A stretch of 64,000 bases of DNA from Bacillota bacterium (GTDB taxonomy: Bacteria > Patescibacteriota > Patescibacteriia > Patescibacteriales > UBA12465). Below, piece after piece: positions 52,390-61,315 of the stretch (position 1 is its first letter; every line of letters starts with the position of its first letter). The notes below the pieces were generated by a model, which was not told the origin of the DNA, did not search any database, and worked only from the letters and a program-made list of their open reading frames with translations. The stretch is taken from the NCBI GenBank assembly GCA_050259635.1, contig JBLNBA010000004.1, positions 267,005-331,004 on the forward strand. Direction: 5' to 3'. The position numbers were made by a program, and so were the translations under genes.

Positions 52390-54846
52390 TTACTGGCAGC
52401 TATCGCACATCGCCCGTTCCTGGGGATCTATCGGGCAAGCCGCATAATTCTTCTCAATAATGGCTGGCTCCGCCACCACGATCGGCGTCGCCGATAATGC
52501 CGCTCCAAAACCTTTCTTCCCGATGGAATCCGCCTTATTGATCTTGAGCGTGCTCTGCTCAGCGGAATGGCGAGGTTTCATGTGGAGGTAATAGGTGGTC
52601 TTGAGCCCCTGTCTCCAGGCCCTGATATATATCTCCATGATTTCCTCCGTATCCCTGGTAGCAAGGTACATATTGCGGCTAATCGCCTGATCCACCCATT
52701 TCTGGGCCCGAGCTGCTACTTCGATAAAGGCTTCTGGCCTTACCGAGAATGAATCCTTATATATTTCCTTAAGCGATGCCGGTATCTGCTCAATACCATC
52801 CAGATTCCCATAGGAGCCAAGGATATCATCCTTAACTTCCCCCCAGACTCCCAGCTTTTCTAGCTCCGCTACCAAGTTGGGATTGAGCTCCAAGTATTTC
52901 CCTCCCAAAGTATTGCGGCTGAAGATCTGGGCGAAGCGGGGATCGATGCCGGTCGAAGTCCCGGCAACCAACCCGATGTTGGCGGTCGGGGCGATGGCCA
53001 TCAGGGTGGAATTACGCATTCCCTTCCTTACTTTCTCCCGCAAAGACTCCCAATCAAGGTTGCTCCCCCTTGATACATCCACCTTTTCTCCTCTCTGCTC
53101 ATCCAATGAGGCGATGGAGTCATACGGCACATATCCTTCAGACCAGCGAGAGCCTTGGAAGTTATCATATTCTCCTCTTTCGCTTGCTAAGTCCGCGCTG
53201 GCGGATACGGCGTGATAGGAAACAAACTCCATGATCTCATCGGTCAGGCGATACGCCTCCTCGCTGTCATAAGCCACTCCTCTTTTCTCGAAGATTTCTG
53301 CCAAGCCCATAACCCCCAACCCGATCGCCCGGTTATGGCGATCGAAATTCTCCGCCTCCTCTACCGGGGGTTCATTGATGTCCACCAGATTGTCCAACTG
53401 CCTAATAGCCAGCTTTACGCTACTTGCCAGCTTGTCCCGGTCCAACCCGCCATCGGCCTGGAGATGACGGGCGAGATTCAAGGACATGATGTTGCAAACC
53501 GCTATATTCTTCTCATTGACCGGCAAAGTTATCTCAGTACAAAGATTGGAGCCGGTTATGGTGCCGGTATTGTTATTCAAAGCCCGGACATTGATCGCGT
53601 CCTTCCAGGTAATCCAAGGATGTGAGGTGGCCTGGAGGGAGACGATCATCTGGCGGAACTGGTCGCGTGCTTTCACCTTCTTAAATATCCTCATCTTCCC
53701 CTCCTCTGCTAATCGTTCATATTCGCTATAACGAGCGCTGAAAGCGGCTCCATAGAGCTCGACCAAATCCGGTGTTTCTTTTGGATCAAAAAGATACCAC
53801 CAGGAGTCCGTTTCCACTCTTTTCATGAATTCATCGGAAAGATAGACAGCGGTATCCGCCGTACGGGTACGGCGATAATCATCGCCGGCATTCTGTTTGA
53901 GATCGATATACTCCTGGAAATCCAGGTGCCAGTTCTCCATATAGAAGCAAAGCGCCCCCATCTTCTTCCCGGCCCTAGAAATAGCCCTGATGGCGGAATC
54001 GATGATATGGAGGAAAGGGATAGGGCCGGATGAATGGGTGTTATTGGTGCTTATCGGAGAGCCGCTCGCCCGGAGCTTAGTGACAGATAGCCCGATACCA
54101 CCGGTCGCCTTGGATAGCTTCAGGACATCTGAAACGGTCTTGCCAATATGGTCGACATTATCTTCCATCCCCATGAGGAAACAGTTGGATAAGCGGGGCT
54201 TCACCGCCCCAGCATTGATATTCGTTGATCCCCCGGGTACATACTCCAAGGCAGACATTTTCTTATAGAAACTTATAGCCGTGCCCGTCGGGTCCTTTTC
54301 ATCCCAAGACAGGCCCATCGCCACCCTCATCCAGATATATTGAGGCACTTCCAGGAGTTGCTGAGAAGAAGATCTCAGAGCATATCTACGAAGAAGCGTG
54401 GAAATGCCGGTATAGGTAAATAGCTGGTCATTCTCGGGCAACAGAGCAGCAGACAGGCGGGCAAAGTCGAAACGGCGTAACTTCTCGGACAACAAGCCGT
54501 CTCTTATCCCCCGCTCTATGTACTCGCCGAATCTCTGTCTCATGAGCGAAGAAGCAGACTCGAAATCATCCGCATTCAGTACTTCCCTATAAGCTGAGAG
54601 CAACTGGAGCCGAGCAGCTAAGCGGTCGTATGATATGTCATCCTTTATATGGGCGGCAGCAGAGGAGATAAGGAGCTTATCGATCTCCTCATCCTTGATA
54701 TCCTTATAAAAAGCGAGCGCTGCGTGATAAAGCAATCGCTCGCCGTATTGTTCATAGCCTCCAGCCAAAGCCGGAGCGACCCGCTCGCTCAAGCGGTTAT
54801 CGATTGCCGGCGGAGCGCCGGTGTCTTTGAGTAGGGTTTTATCCAT
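52390..54846 (-). CDS. nrdA: Ribonucleotide reductase large subunit (class I alpha)
   Basis: 818 aa. Active-site NLCTEI, a PRHSAEQ-type region and a C-terminal Cys pair (CDSCQ). Confidence 0.95.
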   Translation of the reverse strand: MDKTLLKDTGAPPAIDNRLSERVAPALAGGYEQYGERLLYHAALAFYKDIKDEEIDKLLISSAAAHIKDDISYDRLAARLQLLSAYREVLNADDFESASSLMRQRFGEYIERGIRDGLLSEKLRRFDFARLSAALLPENDQLFTYTGISTLLRRYALRSSSQQLLEVPQYIWMRVAMGLSWDEKDPTGTAISFYKKMSALEYVPGGSTNINAGAVKPRLSNCFLMGMEDNVDHIGKTVSDVLKLSKATGGIGLSVTKLRASGSPISTNNTHSSGPIPFLHIIDSAIRAISRAGKKMGALCFYMENWHLDFQEYIDLKQNAGDDYRRTRTADTAVYLSDEFMKRVETDSWWYLFDPKETPDLVELYGAAFSARYSEYERLAEEGKMRIFKKVKARDQFRQMIVSLQATSHPWITWKDAINVRALNNNTGTITGSNLCTEITLPVNEKNIAVCNIMSLNLARHLQADGGLDRDKLASSVKLAIRQLDNLVDINEPPVEEAENFDRHNRAIGLGVMGLAEIFEKRGVAYDSEEAYRLTDEIMEFVSYHAVSASADLASERGEYDNFQGSRWSEGYVPYDSIASLDEQRGEKVDVSRGSNLDWESLREKVRKGMRNSTLMAIAPTANIGLVAGTSTGIDPRFAQIFSRNTLGGKYLELNPNLVAELEKLGVWGEVKDDILGSYGNLDGIEQIPASLKEIYKDSFSVRPEAFIEVAARAQKWVDQAISRNMYLATRDTEEIMEIYIRAWRQGLKTTYYLHMKPRHSAEQSTLKINKADSIGKKGFGAALSATPIVVAEPAIIEKNYAACPIDPQERAMCDSCQ

Positions 54847-54875
54847 AATGATTAGGATTTATGATATTGCGTTAT

Positions 54876-54891
54876 ACACAATATATAGTGT
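54876..54891. promoter_or_regulatory. NrdR box 1 (perfect match to the consensus as I recall it)
   Basis: ACACAATATATAGTGT against the published palindrome acaCwAtATaTwGtgt, 16/16. It lies between the predicted -10 and the nrdA ATG. Confidence 0.65.
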
Positions 54892-54905
54892 TTAAGGTAA
54901 TAGTT

Positions 54906-54934
54906 ATTATACCATATATTGATAACTGAAGCAA
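54906..54934 (-). promoter_or_regulatory. nrdAB promoter overlapped by a degenerate NrdR box 2 (54909-54924)
   Basis: Minus strand: TTGCTT (54934-29), 17 nt, TGgTATAAT (-10 at 54911-06). Box 2 ATACCATATATTGATA keeps the C.ATATAT.G core (11/16), 33 bp centre to centre from box 1. Confidence 0.6.
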
Positions 54935-54950
54935 GCCTGCATTGACACAC

Positions 54951-54977
54951 AAAAAAACGGGCGATTCAGCCCGTTTC
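54951..54977 (-). terminator. Intrinsic terminator after hpf
   Basis: Minus strand: aacgggc-tgaatc-gcccgtt followed by ttttttt. Confidence 0.75.
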
Positions 54978-55005
54978 TTATTTTACAAAAAGTTCTTTCG
55001 CTTTT

Positions 55006-55347
55006 TCATCCTCTCATTACCGCTTGTTTCCGACGCCTCATATCTCTGAGCTTTTCCCGCCGGCTGATAATCATTTCTTCCAAATGGTCTTTGACCTTGT
55101 CTATCGCCTTGTATAGATCGGGAGCCGTCTTCTCCACCCTGAGTACTTCCTTGGGAACGCGGAGATTAATTTCCGCTCGAAAGATATCTCCCTTGTTCTG
55201 CCCGCCCACTGATTTTCCGAGTTCGACGTCACAATTTACCACCGTCGTGCGGCCGAGATACTTCTGGAGCATGTCCACTTTCTGCTGGACATAATCTTTG
55301 ATTGCATCGGTCATGGGGATGCGGGTAGCCTTGAGCTTGATATCCAT
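55006..55347 (-). CDS. hpf: Ribosome hibernation promoting factor / RaiA family (short form)
   Basis: 113 aa. MDIKLKATRIPMTDAIKDYVQQKV...FRAEINL...DLYKAIDKV matches the S30AE/HPF family. Confidence 0.9.
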   Translation of the reverse strand: MDIKLKATRIPMTDAIKDYVQQKVDMLQKYLGRTTVVNCDVELGKSVGGQNKGDIFRAEINLRVPKEVLRVEKTAPDLYKAIDKVKDHLEEMIISRREKLRDMRRRKQAVMRG

Positions 55348-55403
55348 ATTGTTAAGGGCAGCCTCCGGATCCCATAATGGGGTCCGTCAGTCTGCGTTAA
55401 TTT

Positions 55404-56546
55404 TCAGAATAAGCGCACGATGTCCTTATAGGTCACGAAGATAATGAGCAGAATGAGGAGCCAGAAGCCGATCGTATGGATCAAGGCTTCTACCGACTGC
55501 CTCACCGGTTTTCCGATAAATCTCTCGATCAGGAGGAAGAATAGTCGCCCGCCGTCGAGAGCAGGAAAGGGCAGGATGTTGATAAGCGCCAGATTTAAAG
55601 ACAACAGAGCCATGAACTGCAGTAAGTAGGCGAAGCCAAGGCTTGCAACCTGTCCGGTTAAAGTGGCAATGCCAACCGGACCAGCAACTTGGCCTCCAGC
55701 CCCCATACCCATGAATAATCCGCGGATGAGCCCCCAGAAGGCAACGATTATCGCCCAGAACATCAGAACAGTCGTCCTAATACCCTGCCAAATGGCCATG
55801 AAGAAAGGATATCTTACCGTTCCCGAAGCATAGACAGAAACGCCTATACCTGGCTTTCCGGTGCTTTCCAAAGTAACGGGCGTAATGGTCGCTTCTCTCT
55901 GCTCTTTACCGCTGATGATAAGGAACTCTGTTTCCTGCCCGCCCCTCTCGGCGACGAGCTCTTGCAAGCGGCTATGGGAATCCACGCTGCTGCCTCCGAC
56001 CGAAGCGATAATATCCCCGGACTTTAACCCGGCTTTATCCGCGGGCGAGTCGGCAACAACGTCGACGATTACCACTTCCGCCTTAGTAATACGGGCGGAA
56101 GGCCCGGCATCTTCCAAGGCCTGGGGCATCCCGATCATATAACCTATGGAAAGCAAAAAGGCAGCCAAAATTATATTCATGGCCACCCCGGCCGAAAGGA
56201 TGATGGCCCGCCTACCCAGGGATTTGGAGGCAAAGCTATCCGGATCCTGCTTACCCTCGCCATTCTCTCCTTTGATCCTCACAAAGCCCCCGATAGGCAG
56301 CCAATTAAGGGAATATACCGTGCCCGCCGGTTCTTGGCCGGCCGGAAGCTCTTCCAAAGGTTTGGAGCCGGTGAAACGGCGCCAGTGGCCGCTTACATCC
56401 TTGTAGAATCCGATCGCCCGGGGAGGAAAGCCGAAACCGAACTCCTCTGCTTTAGCGCCAAGCTTGCGCGCGGTCCAGAAATGGCCGAATTCATGTCCAA
56501 AGACCAGGACGGATAAGACGGCGATGAATATCAAAGCAGTAACCAT
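55404..56546 (-). CDS. rseP: RseP-type site-2 protease (M50) with a PDZ domain
   Basis: 380 aa. HEFGHF, a PDZ-like region (PADKAGLKSGDII) and NILPFPALDGGRL. Confidence 0.9.
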   Translation of the reverse strand: MVTALIFIAVLSVLVFGHEFGHFWTARKLGAKAEEFGFGFPPRAIGFYKDVSGHWRRFTGSKPLEELPAGQEPAGTVYSLNWLPIGGFVRIKGENGEGKQDPDSFASKSLGRRAIILSAGVAMNIILAAFLLSIGYMIGMPQALEDAGPSARITKAEVVIVDVVADSPADKAGLKSGDIIASVGGSSVDSHSRLQELVAERGGQETEFLIISGKEQREATITPVTLESTGKPGIGVSVYASGTVRYPFFMAIWQGIRTTVLMFWAIIVAFWGLIRGLFMGMGAGGQVAGPVGIATLTGQVASLGFAYLLQFMALLSLNLALINILPFPALDGGRLFFLLIERFIGKPVRQSVEALIHTIGFWLLILLIIFVTYKDIVRLF

Positions 56547-56550
56547 ATTA

Positions 56551-57105
56551 TTAGATTTCCATTATATCCTTCTCTTTCTTATCCCTAAGCTCTTTTAGCT
56601 CGTCATTTTTCTTAGCCACGAACTCATCAAGTTCCTTCACGGAGCGGAAGCGGTCATCCTCCGAAATTTCCTTATCAGACAGGGCTCTTTCAATCGCGCC
56701 TTTTACTTCTTCCCTGGCCTGGCGGATGATAATGCGGGACTTCTCCAGCTTCTCATTGAGTTTCTTCACCGTTTCCCGGCGTGTCTCTTCCGTCATCGAA
56801 GGAACGGTGAGACGGATCTTATCGCCGTCATTTACCACTCCCAAACCGAGATCGGCTTCGATAACCGCTTTCTCAATCGCCTTCGATACGCTTTTATCCC
56901 AAGGAGAAACAGTAATACTCCGGGCATCGGCCACGGCGATGTTGGCGACGGCATTAAGCGGGTTCATGACGCCATAGGCTTCAACCTGGATGTTGTCCAG
57001 TACCGCCGGATTGGCCCGGCCAGTGCGCAAAGAAGAAATATCGCGTTTGAAGAAATCGACGGCAGCCTCGAAATCCGCCTTATGGCTTGATAGATAGTCG
57101 TTCAT
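56551..57105 (-). CDS. frr: Ribosome recycling factor
   Basis: 184 aa. ...LRTGRANPAVLDNIQVEAYG...ITVSPWD... is canonical RRF. Confidence 0.96.
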   Translation of the reverse strand: MNDYLSSHKADFEAAVDFFKRDISSLRTGRANPAVLDNIQVEAYGVMNPLNAVANIAVADARSITVSPWDKSVSKAIEKAVIEADLGLGVVNDGDKIRLTVPSMTEETRRETVKKLNEKLEKSRIIIRQAREEVKGAIERALSDKEISEDDRFRSVKELDEFVAKKNDELKELRDKKEKDIMEI

Positions 57106-57135
57106 AGATGTATCGCTTTAATTATCAATAATTTA

Positions 57136-58251
57136 CTAATCAAGTTTTTTCACTCCCAGGTATAAGACTTCGGGCTTGTTGGAATCCACCAAGAGATCGG
57201 AGCCGGCGCGAGAAGTGGGAAGCTTCTTGGTCGTCCAGGTTACACCCCCATCAGAAGAACGGAAGAAAGCGGTATTGGTCACATAAAATATTTCCTTGGA
57301 ATCCTTCGGATTCACCGCCACTGCATTGATCACGGCGTCTTTTTCCGGCTGGAGAAGAGTTATATTCTCCCAGGTTATACCTTGGTCGGGAGAGCGGACG
57401 ATTGCCTTATCAGAAGCAAGGAAGAGCGTGCCGTCAGCCGTACAGGCGACGATATCCCGGAAGGCATTGCCCATCTGGAAGTCTTTCAAGACTATTCCCA
57501 CATCCTGCCAATCAGTCACGGCGAAGTTTTTCTCGATATTTGAGGAATCATTGGGGTCGGTGGCCGTATTGGAATAGAAGCTATAGATATTATTCTTGGA
57601 AGTAGCCACGAAGATCCGCCGGCTATCAAGAGGAGAGACCACTATCCGCAAGATGCCCTGATCCACGCGCTGGATAGCCCGCCAGGAAGTACCATGGTCG
57701 ATGCTCTTAAGCACATCTCCGCGTGACGTCCCTATGTACAGGTTATCGCTGTCGAAATGATCGATAGCTATCGCGGTAACGCTCACCCCCGGATTATTAT
57801 CATAATATACTTCCTGCCACGAACGGCCGCAATCCTGGCTGCGGAATAAACGGTTATCGATAGCGGAAAAGATGGAACACTTATTCTTCGGATCGACACG
57901 GACGTCATTAATCGTCCCTTGCCGCAAGGTAGACATCGAATTCCAGCCGTTATTGACGTTATAGGTATAATAGAGGCCGCGATCGTAAGTTCCTAAATAG
58001 ACCGCCGCGGAATCTTCCGGATCAGCCGATAGCACCTTCACATCGACCCCGCCCAAAGATTGCGGCTTGCCCGTAACGGTCGGGACAAGCGACATCTGCC
58101 TCCAGGTGGCACCTTTATCACCGCTAACCCAGACCCCGCCGTCATTGGCCGGATTGCCCGACCCGCTTCCGCCGGAACCGATAGAAATCGTGCAACCGGA
58201 TAAAAGGATGGCTGCGAGGAATAGGAGGAGTGGAATTCTTGCTTTCTTCAT
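57136..58251 (-). CDS. Lipoprotein with BNR/Asp-box repeats (beta-propeller, Ycf48/sialidase-like fold)
   Basis: 371 aa. Lipobox LLSGC. At least 5 Asp-box motifs S-x-D-x-G-x-(T/S)-W (SGDKGATW, SQDCGRSW, SIDHGTSW, SPDQGITW, SSDGGVTW). Confidence 0.8.
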   Translation of the reverse strand: MKKARIPLLLFLAAILLSGCTISIGSGGSGSGNPANDGGVWVSGDKGATWRQMSLVPTVTGKPQSLGGVDVKVLSADPEDSAAVYLGTYDRGLYYTYNVNNGWNSMSTLRQGTINDVRVDPKNKCSIFSAIDNRLFRSQDCGRSWQEVYYDNNPGVSVTAIAIDHFDSDNLYIGTSRGDVLKSIDHGTSWRAIQRVDQGILRIVVSPLDSRRIFVATSKNNIYSFYSNTATDPNDSSNIEKNFAVTDWQDVGIVLKDFQMGNAFRDIVACTADGTLFLASDKAIVRSPDQGITWENITLLQPEKDAVINAVAVNPKDSKEIFYVTNTAFFRSSDGGVTWTTKKLPTSRAGSDLLVDSNKPEVLYLGVKKLD

Positions 58252-58255
58252 AATT

Positions 58256-59248
58256 TTAAAAATATAAGGCTAGGCTTTCCAAAACGTTCTTAGGAGTAAC
58301 ATTGCCTCGGAGATATTCTCTCGCCCGCTCAAGCTGTTTCAAGGCGGCAAGGGCCCGCAAAGAAGCTTCCGGCTCCTGCCCGCGCTCCGGCGAAACAGAC
58401 GGATATTGCCGGCGGTCATCTTGGCCGACAGCCGTAAGCAGCGAATCCCGCCAAAGGCTCTCAAAGACTTCTATCCAGGAGAAAACCGTCTCAACCGAGA
58501 GACTATTGTCATTACCGGCAGCAGAGACCATTGCCAATCGTTCTTCCAGGGGGCTGTCCAGAAAAGTATCGAGCTTATGCACAAGTTCCATCTGCTCCTT
58601 GAAGTCCTCGGGATTTTCCGCCCAACGCCTGGCCATGAGAGGACGGCCCAAGGAAGCGGCCGCCAAATCCTTAGCCGCGGAACGTTTGAGCTCCAGGGTG
58701 GAGAGGAGATAATCATAGACGCTATCCGGACCGACAGGGTGGAAATACAGGGTCTGAGAACGGGAGACGATGGTCTGCATGAGCAAAGCCGCATCTTCTG
58801 CCAGCAAGATTATTATTACTTTCTCTTTCGGTTCTTCTAGGGTTTTGAGAAGAGCATTTTGTGCTTCAAGGGATAAGGACTCAGCCTCCTTGATAATCCC
58901 TATTTTATAAGAATTGAGAAAGGAGCTAAGGCTGAGGCGGGAAATGAATTCCCGGGCCTGTTCCACGCTGATATTCTTCTTCCCCTCCTCCTTCTCTAAG
59001 ATATACAGATCGGACTCAAAACCGCCTTGCGGACTGGTTCTCCCATCCAGGCGCCAGAGATTGCGAGCGAAAGCCAAAGCCAAAGTGGATTTACCCAAAT
59101 CGCGGGGACCGCTGAATATATAAGTCTGAGCCGGTTGGCCGCCAAGCAAAGTCTTCTCGAGATAAGCTGAGACCTTATCCTGCCCGATCGCCGGCCATTC
59201 GTATTGGTTCTGCTTCGTCTCCATATCAATTACCGACACTGATCGCAT
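58256..59248 (-). CDS. holB: DNA polymerase III delta-prime subunit
   Basis: 330 aa. AAA+-like IFSGPRDLGKSTLALAFARNL and a sensor-region SRSQ motif. Confidence 0.85.
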   Translation of the reverse strand: MRSVSVIDMETKQNQYEWPAIGQDKVSAYLEKTLLGGQPAQTYIFSGPRDLGKSTLALAFARNLWRLDGRTSPQGGFESDLYILEKEEGKKNISVEQAREFISRLSLSSFLNSYKIGIIKEAESLSLEAQNALLKTLEEPKEKVIIILLAEDAALLMQTIVSRSQTLYFHPVGPDSVYDYLLSTLELKRSAAKDLAAASLGRPLMARRWAENPEDFKEQMELVHKLDTFLDSPLEERLAMVSAAGNDNSLSVETVFSWIEVFESLWRDSLLTAVGQDDRRQYPSVSPERGQEPEASLRALAALKQLERAREYLRGNVTPKNVLESLALYF

Positions 59249-61076
59249 TAAGATCGCTATTGGTGATCCCTAAACCTAAATACTTCATAATTTGGAAGGC
59301 CATATTGCCGCTACCGAGATAATATCTCTTGCCATCCGCCGGGTTCACATACCAAGCCTCTCCCTTATGCTCGACTTGGAGGAGGATCTTCCCTTTCTGC
59401 TTATCCGCGAAAGATTGATTGATATTAATCTTTCCCCCGCCCAAGGGATCAAAGCCTGAAAGGAACTCTTCTCCATCGTTAAAACCATCCCCATCGCTAT
59501 CTGCTCGCAGCGGATCCGTACCCACGGCTTCTTCCAAAGGATCCGGTAGGAGATCGCCATCACTGTCTTTCCCGGCGAAACGGCTGTCCACTCCGATGGG
59601 GATCTTACGCAGGTTGGCGTCCGTTATCCCGATTCCCGCACTGCGCATGATACCGAATGCCGCCACTCCATTAGAGAGGTAATAGCGCTTATAATCCTTG
59701 GGGTTAACATACCAGGCTTGGCCTTGAGCCTCTACTTGCAGAAGAATGCGGCCGGATAAACGATTATTCACCGCTCCGCTGCCAACAGATAATCCTCCGC
59801 TTGCAAGACTGATCTTCTCGCCGTTTGTAATCACATGGCCGTTATCAATCTTTACGGCAAAGCGATAGTTTTTTCCTCTTTCAACCCGGAAAGCCACGCC
59901 GTATTCGATTTTTTCCTTACTTGTATTAGAAGCTAAATAATATCCGGGGGCAAGATGCAAATGCAAACTACGATCGGAGGCGGTCTTAAGGGTGGTGATC
60001 CGCTTCCCCTTATAATACCCGCTATCGTCGCCGCTCAGCGGGTATATCTCCAAAGACGAGCCCGCAGCCAGAGCGGTGAGGTCCACCCTCACCGAGCTTA
60101 GAACGATATCCGCCTTGCTTGCTCCCTGCTGGCCCACTTGGATGCCATAATGGACATCGTCTTGTTTCAGGCTGTCTTTTACCACTAAGGCGTATGTTCC
60201 CGAGGCTAAGGGAAGAACGCCGTTTCCTGAGCTATCTGTCTTGATCGTCCCCATTTTCTTCCCTAAAGAGGGAGAAGTGGCGTTTCCGGTCTGTTGGTAG
60301 ATATCTCCGCTAACCGCCGCCGCACGTCCATCCGCATAATGGAGAGAGAGCTTGAGGGCAGTGGTATAGAAATCCACTGAGGTCAGGAAACCGTCTGTTA
60401 TCCGGATATTCGGCAGATCATAGGTCTGGCCGTTACGGCTGAATTCTAGAATATAAAAATCGCCCAAGGAGCCGTCTTTTCCTCGGATACTCCCCTGGGG
60501 GACAAAAAGGCGGGCAGCCCCGCTCTTGCCGGTGTTGAGATCGGCAATAAGGCGGTCCGCTTGTTTCACCGGCCGGCCGTCTGCGTCATATGCCTGGGAA
60601 TATACCCTGAATCTCTGGTCATAAAGAAGGGTACCGTCAAAGTCGCGGAGAATGAAACTGATACCGCTTAAGCGGCGCTGGATCTCCTTTTCATACCCGC
60701 AATGCATAGAAAGGTCGTAATACCAGAAACTGGCTTCCTCCTTGCTCCCCGGCTGAATACGGAGGACGAAGTAATCGTCTCCTTCCTGATCGTCTTCCGG
60801 CACATTCTTCAGGGAAATCCTGGCGATGCCGGTATCTTCATCGGCTTCCGCCGAAGCGACCTTCACTCCTGGACGCTTAAGGCCATTAGCATCATTGATC
60901 TGCCGATAAAGATCCACCTTGATGCCGGGGATATAGGCTCCGGCCGGCTCTCGAGCAATGATCTTGAGGTCGGTCTGGGCATTGCAGGAATAAGCCAGCG
61001 CCTTATCCGGGCTGGATAGAATGAAGGCGGCTGCCAGGAGGCCGATAGATACTGGGATAGCAATTCTTTTAAACAT
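59226..61076 (-). CDS. Secreted multi-domain surface protein with two C-terminal ~55-aa repeats separated by a Ca-binding-like D-rich linker
   Basis: 616 aa. Signal peptide (...AAAFILSSPDKALA). The repeats G(R/K)ILLQVE..G.AWYVNP.D.KRYYL....AF.IM...G.GIT...L..I occur at aa 442-495 and 562-616. The linker is DSDGDLLPD...DSDGDGFNDGEE. Confidence 0.75.
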   Translation of the reverse strand: MFKRIAIPVSIGLLAAAFILSSPDKALAYSCNAQTDLKIIAREPAGAYIPGIKVDLYRQINDANGLKRPGVKVASAEADEDTGIARISLKNVPEDDQEGDDYFVLRIQPGSKEEASFWYYDLSMHCGYEKEIQRRLSGISFILRDFDGTLLYDQRFRVYSQAYDADGRPVKQADRLIADLNTGKSGAARLFVPQGSIRGKDGSLGDFYILEFSRNGQTYDLPNIRITDGFLTSVDFYTTALKLSLHYADGRAAAVSGDIYQQTGNATSPSLGKKMGTIKTDSSGNGVLPLASGTYALVVKDSLKQDDVHYGIQVGQQGASKADIVLSSVRVDLTALAAGSSLEIYPLSGDDSGYYKGKRITTLKTASDRSLHLHLAPGYYLASNTSKEKIEYGVAFRVERGKNYRFAVKIDNGHVITNGEKISLASGGLSVGSGAVNNRLSGRILLQVEAQGQAWYVNPKDYKRYYLSNGVAAFGIMRSAGIGITDANLRKIPIGVDSRFAGKDSDGDLLPDPLEEAVGTDPLRADSDGDGFNDGEEFLSGFDPLGGGKININQSFADKQKGKILLQVEHKGEAWYVNPADGKRYYLGSGNMAFQIMKYLGLGITNSDLNAISVGN

Positions 61077-61096
61077 ATTTGTCTCTTATTTGCTTT

Positions 61097-61125
61097 ATTA
61101 TACCATAGCCAAGCTTCTTTGGTAA
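61097..61125 (-). promoter_or_regulatory. Candidate promoter of the 616-aa surface-protein / holB unit
   Basis: Minus strand: TTACCA (61125-20), 17 nt, TGgTATAAT (-10 at 61102-097). Confidence 0.55.
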
Positions 61126-61163
61126 ACCAATAATAATGTCCCCATTCATTGACATTTATTGGT
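61126..61163. promoter_or_regulatory. Imperfect 13-bp-arm inverted repeat (candidate operator) in the divergent control region
   Basis: accaataa(ta)atgtc - cccattcatt - gacatttattggt. The right arm overlaps the plus-strand -35, and the left arm abuts the minus-strand -35. Confidence 0.5.
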
Positions 61164-61177
61164 AAAAATATTATAGT
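61149..61177 (+). promoter_or_regulatory. Candidate sigma70-type promoter for the sugar-transferase operon leader
   Basis: TTGACA (61149-54), 17 nt, TATAGT (61172-77). Confidence 0.6.
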
Positions 61178-61240
61178 TGGGCAGTTCACTACAGCGAACG
61201 TAAGCGAATATTTCCGACAAATGATTTAATGATAATCCAG

Positions 61241-61262
61241 CCGCTAGTAAAGCGGTTTTTTT
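61241..61262 (+). terminator. Leader terminator hairpin between the promoter and the sugar-transferase ATG
   Basis: ccgct-agtaa-agcgg followed by ttttttt, about 60 nt downstream of the predicted TSS and 54 nt upstream of ATG 61316. Confidence 0.5.
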
Positions 61263-61315
61263 ATACCAATAATTGCATTTCCCTAAGCCTGTGCTATCAT
61301 TTTACCTATAATATT

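Noticed and set aside
61307-61312. TATAAT hexamer immediately upstream of the sugar-transferase ATG as its promoter.
   Set aside because: It ends only 3 nt before the ATG at 61316, and there is no acceptable -35 at 17 +/- 1 nt (taagcc). The upstream TTGACA-17-TATAGT promoter is the better candidate.
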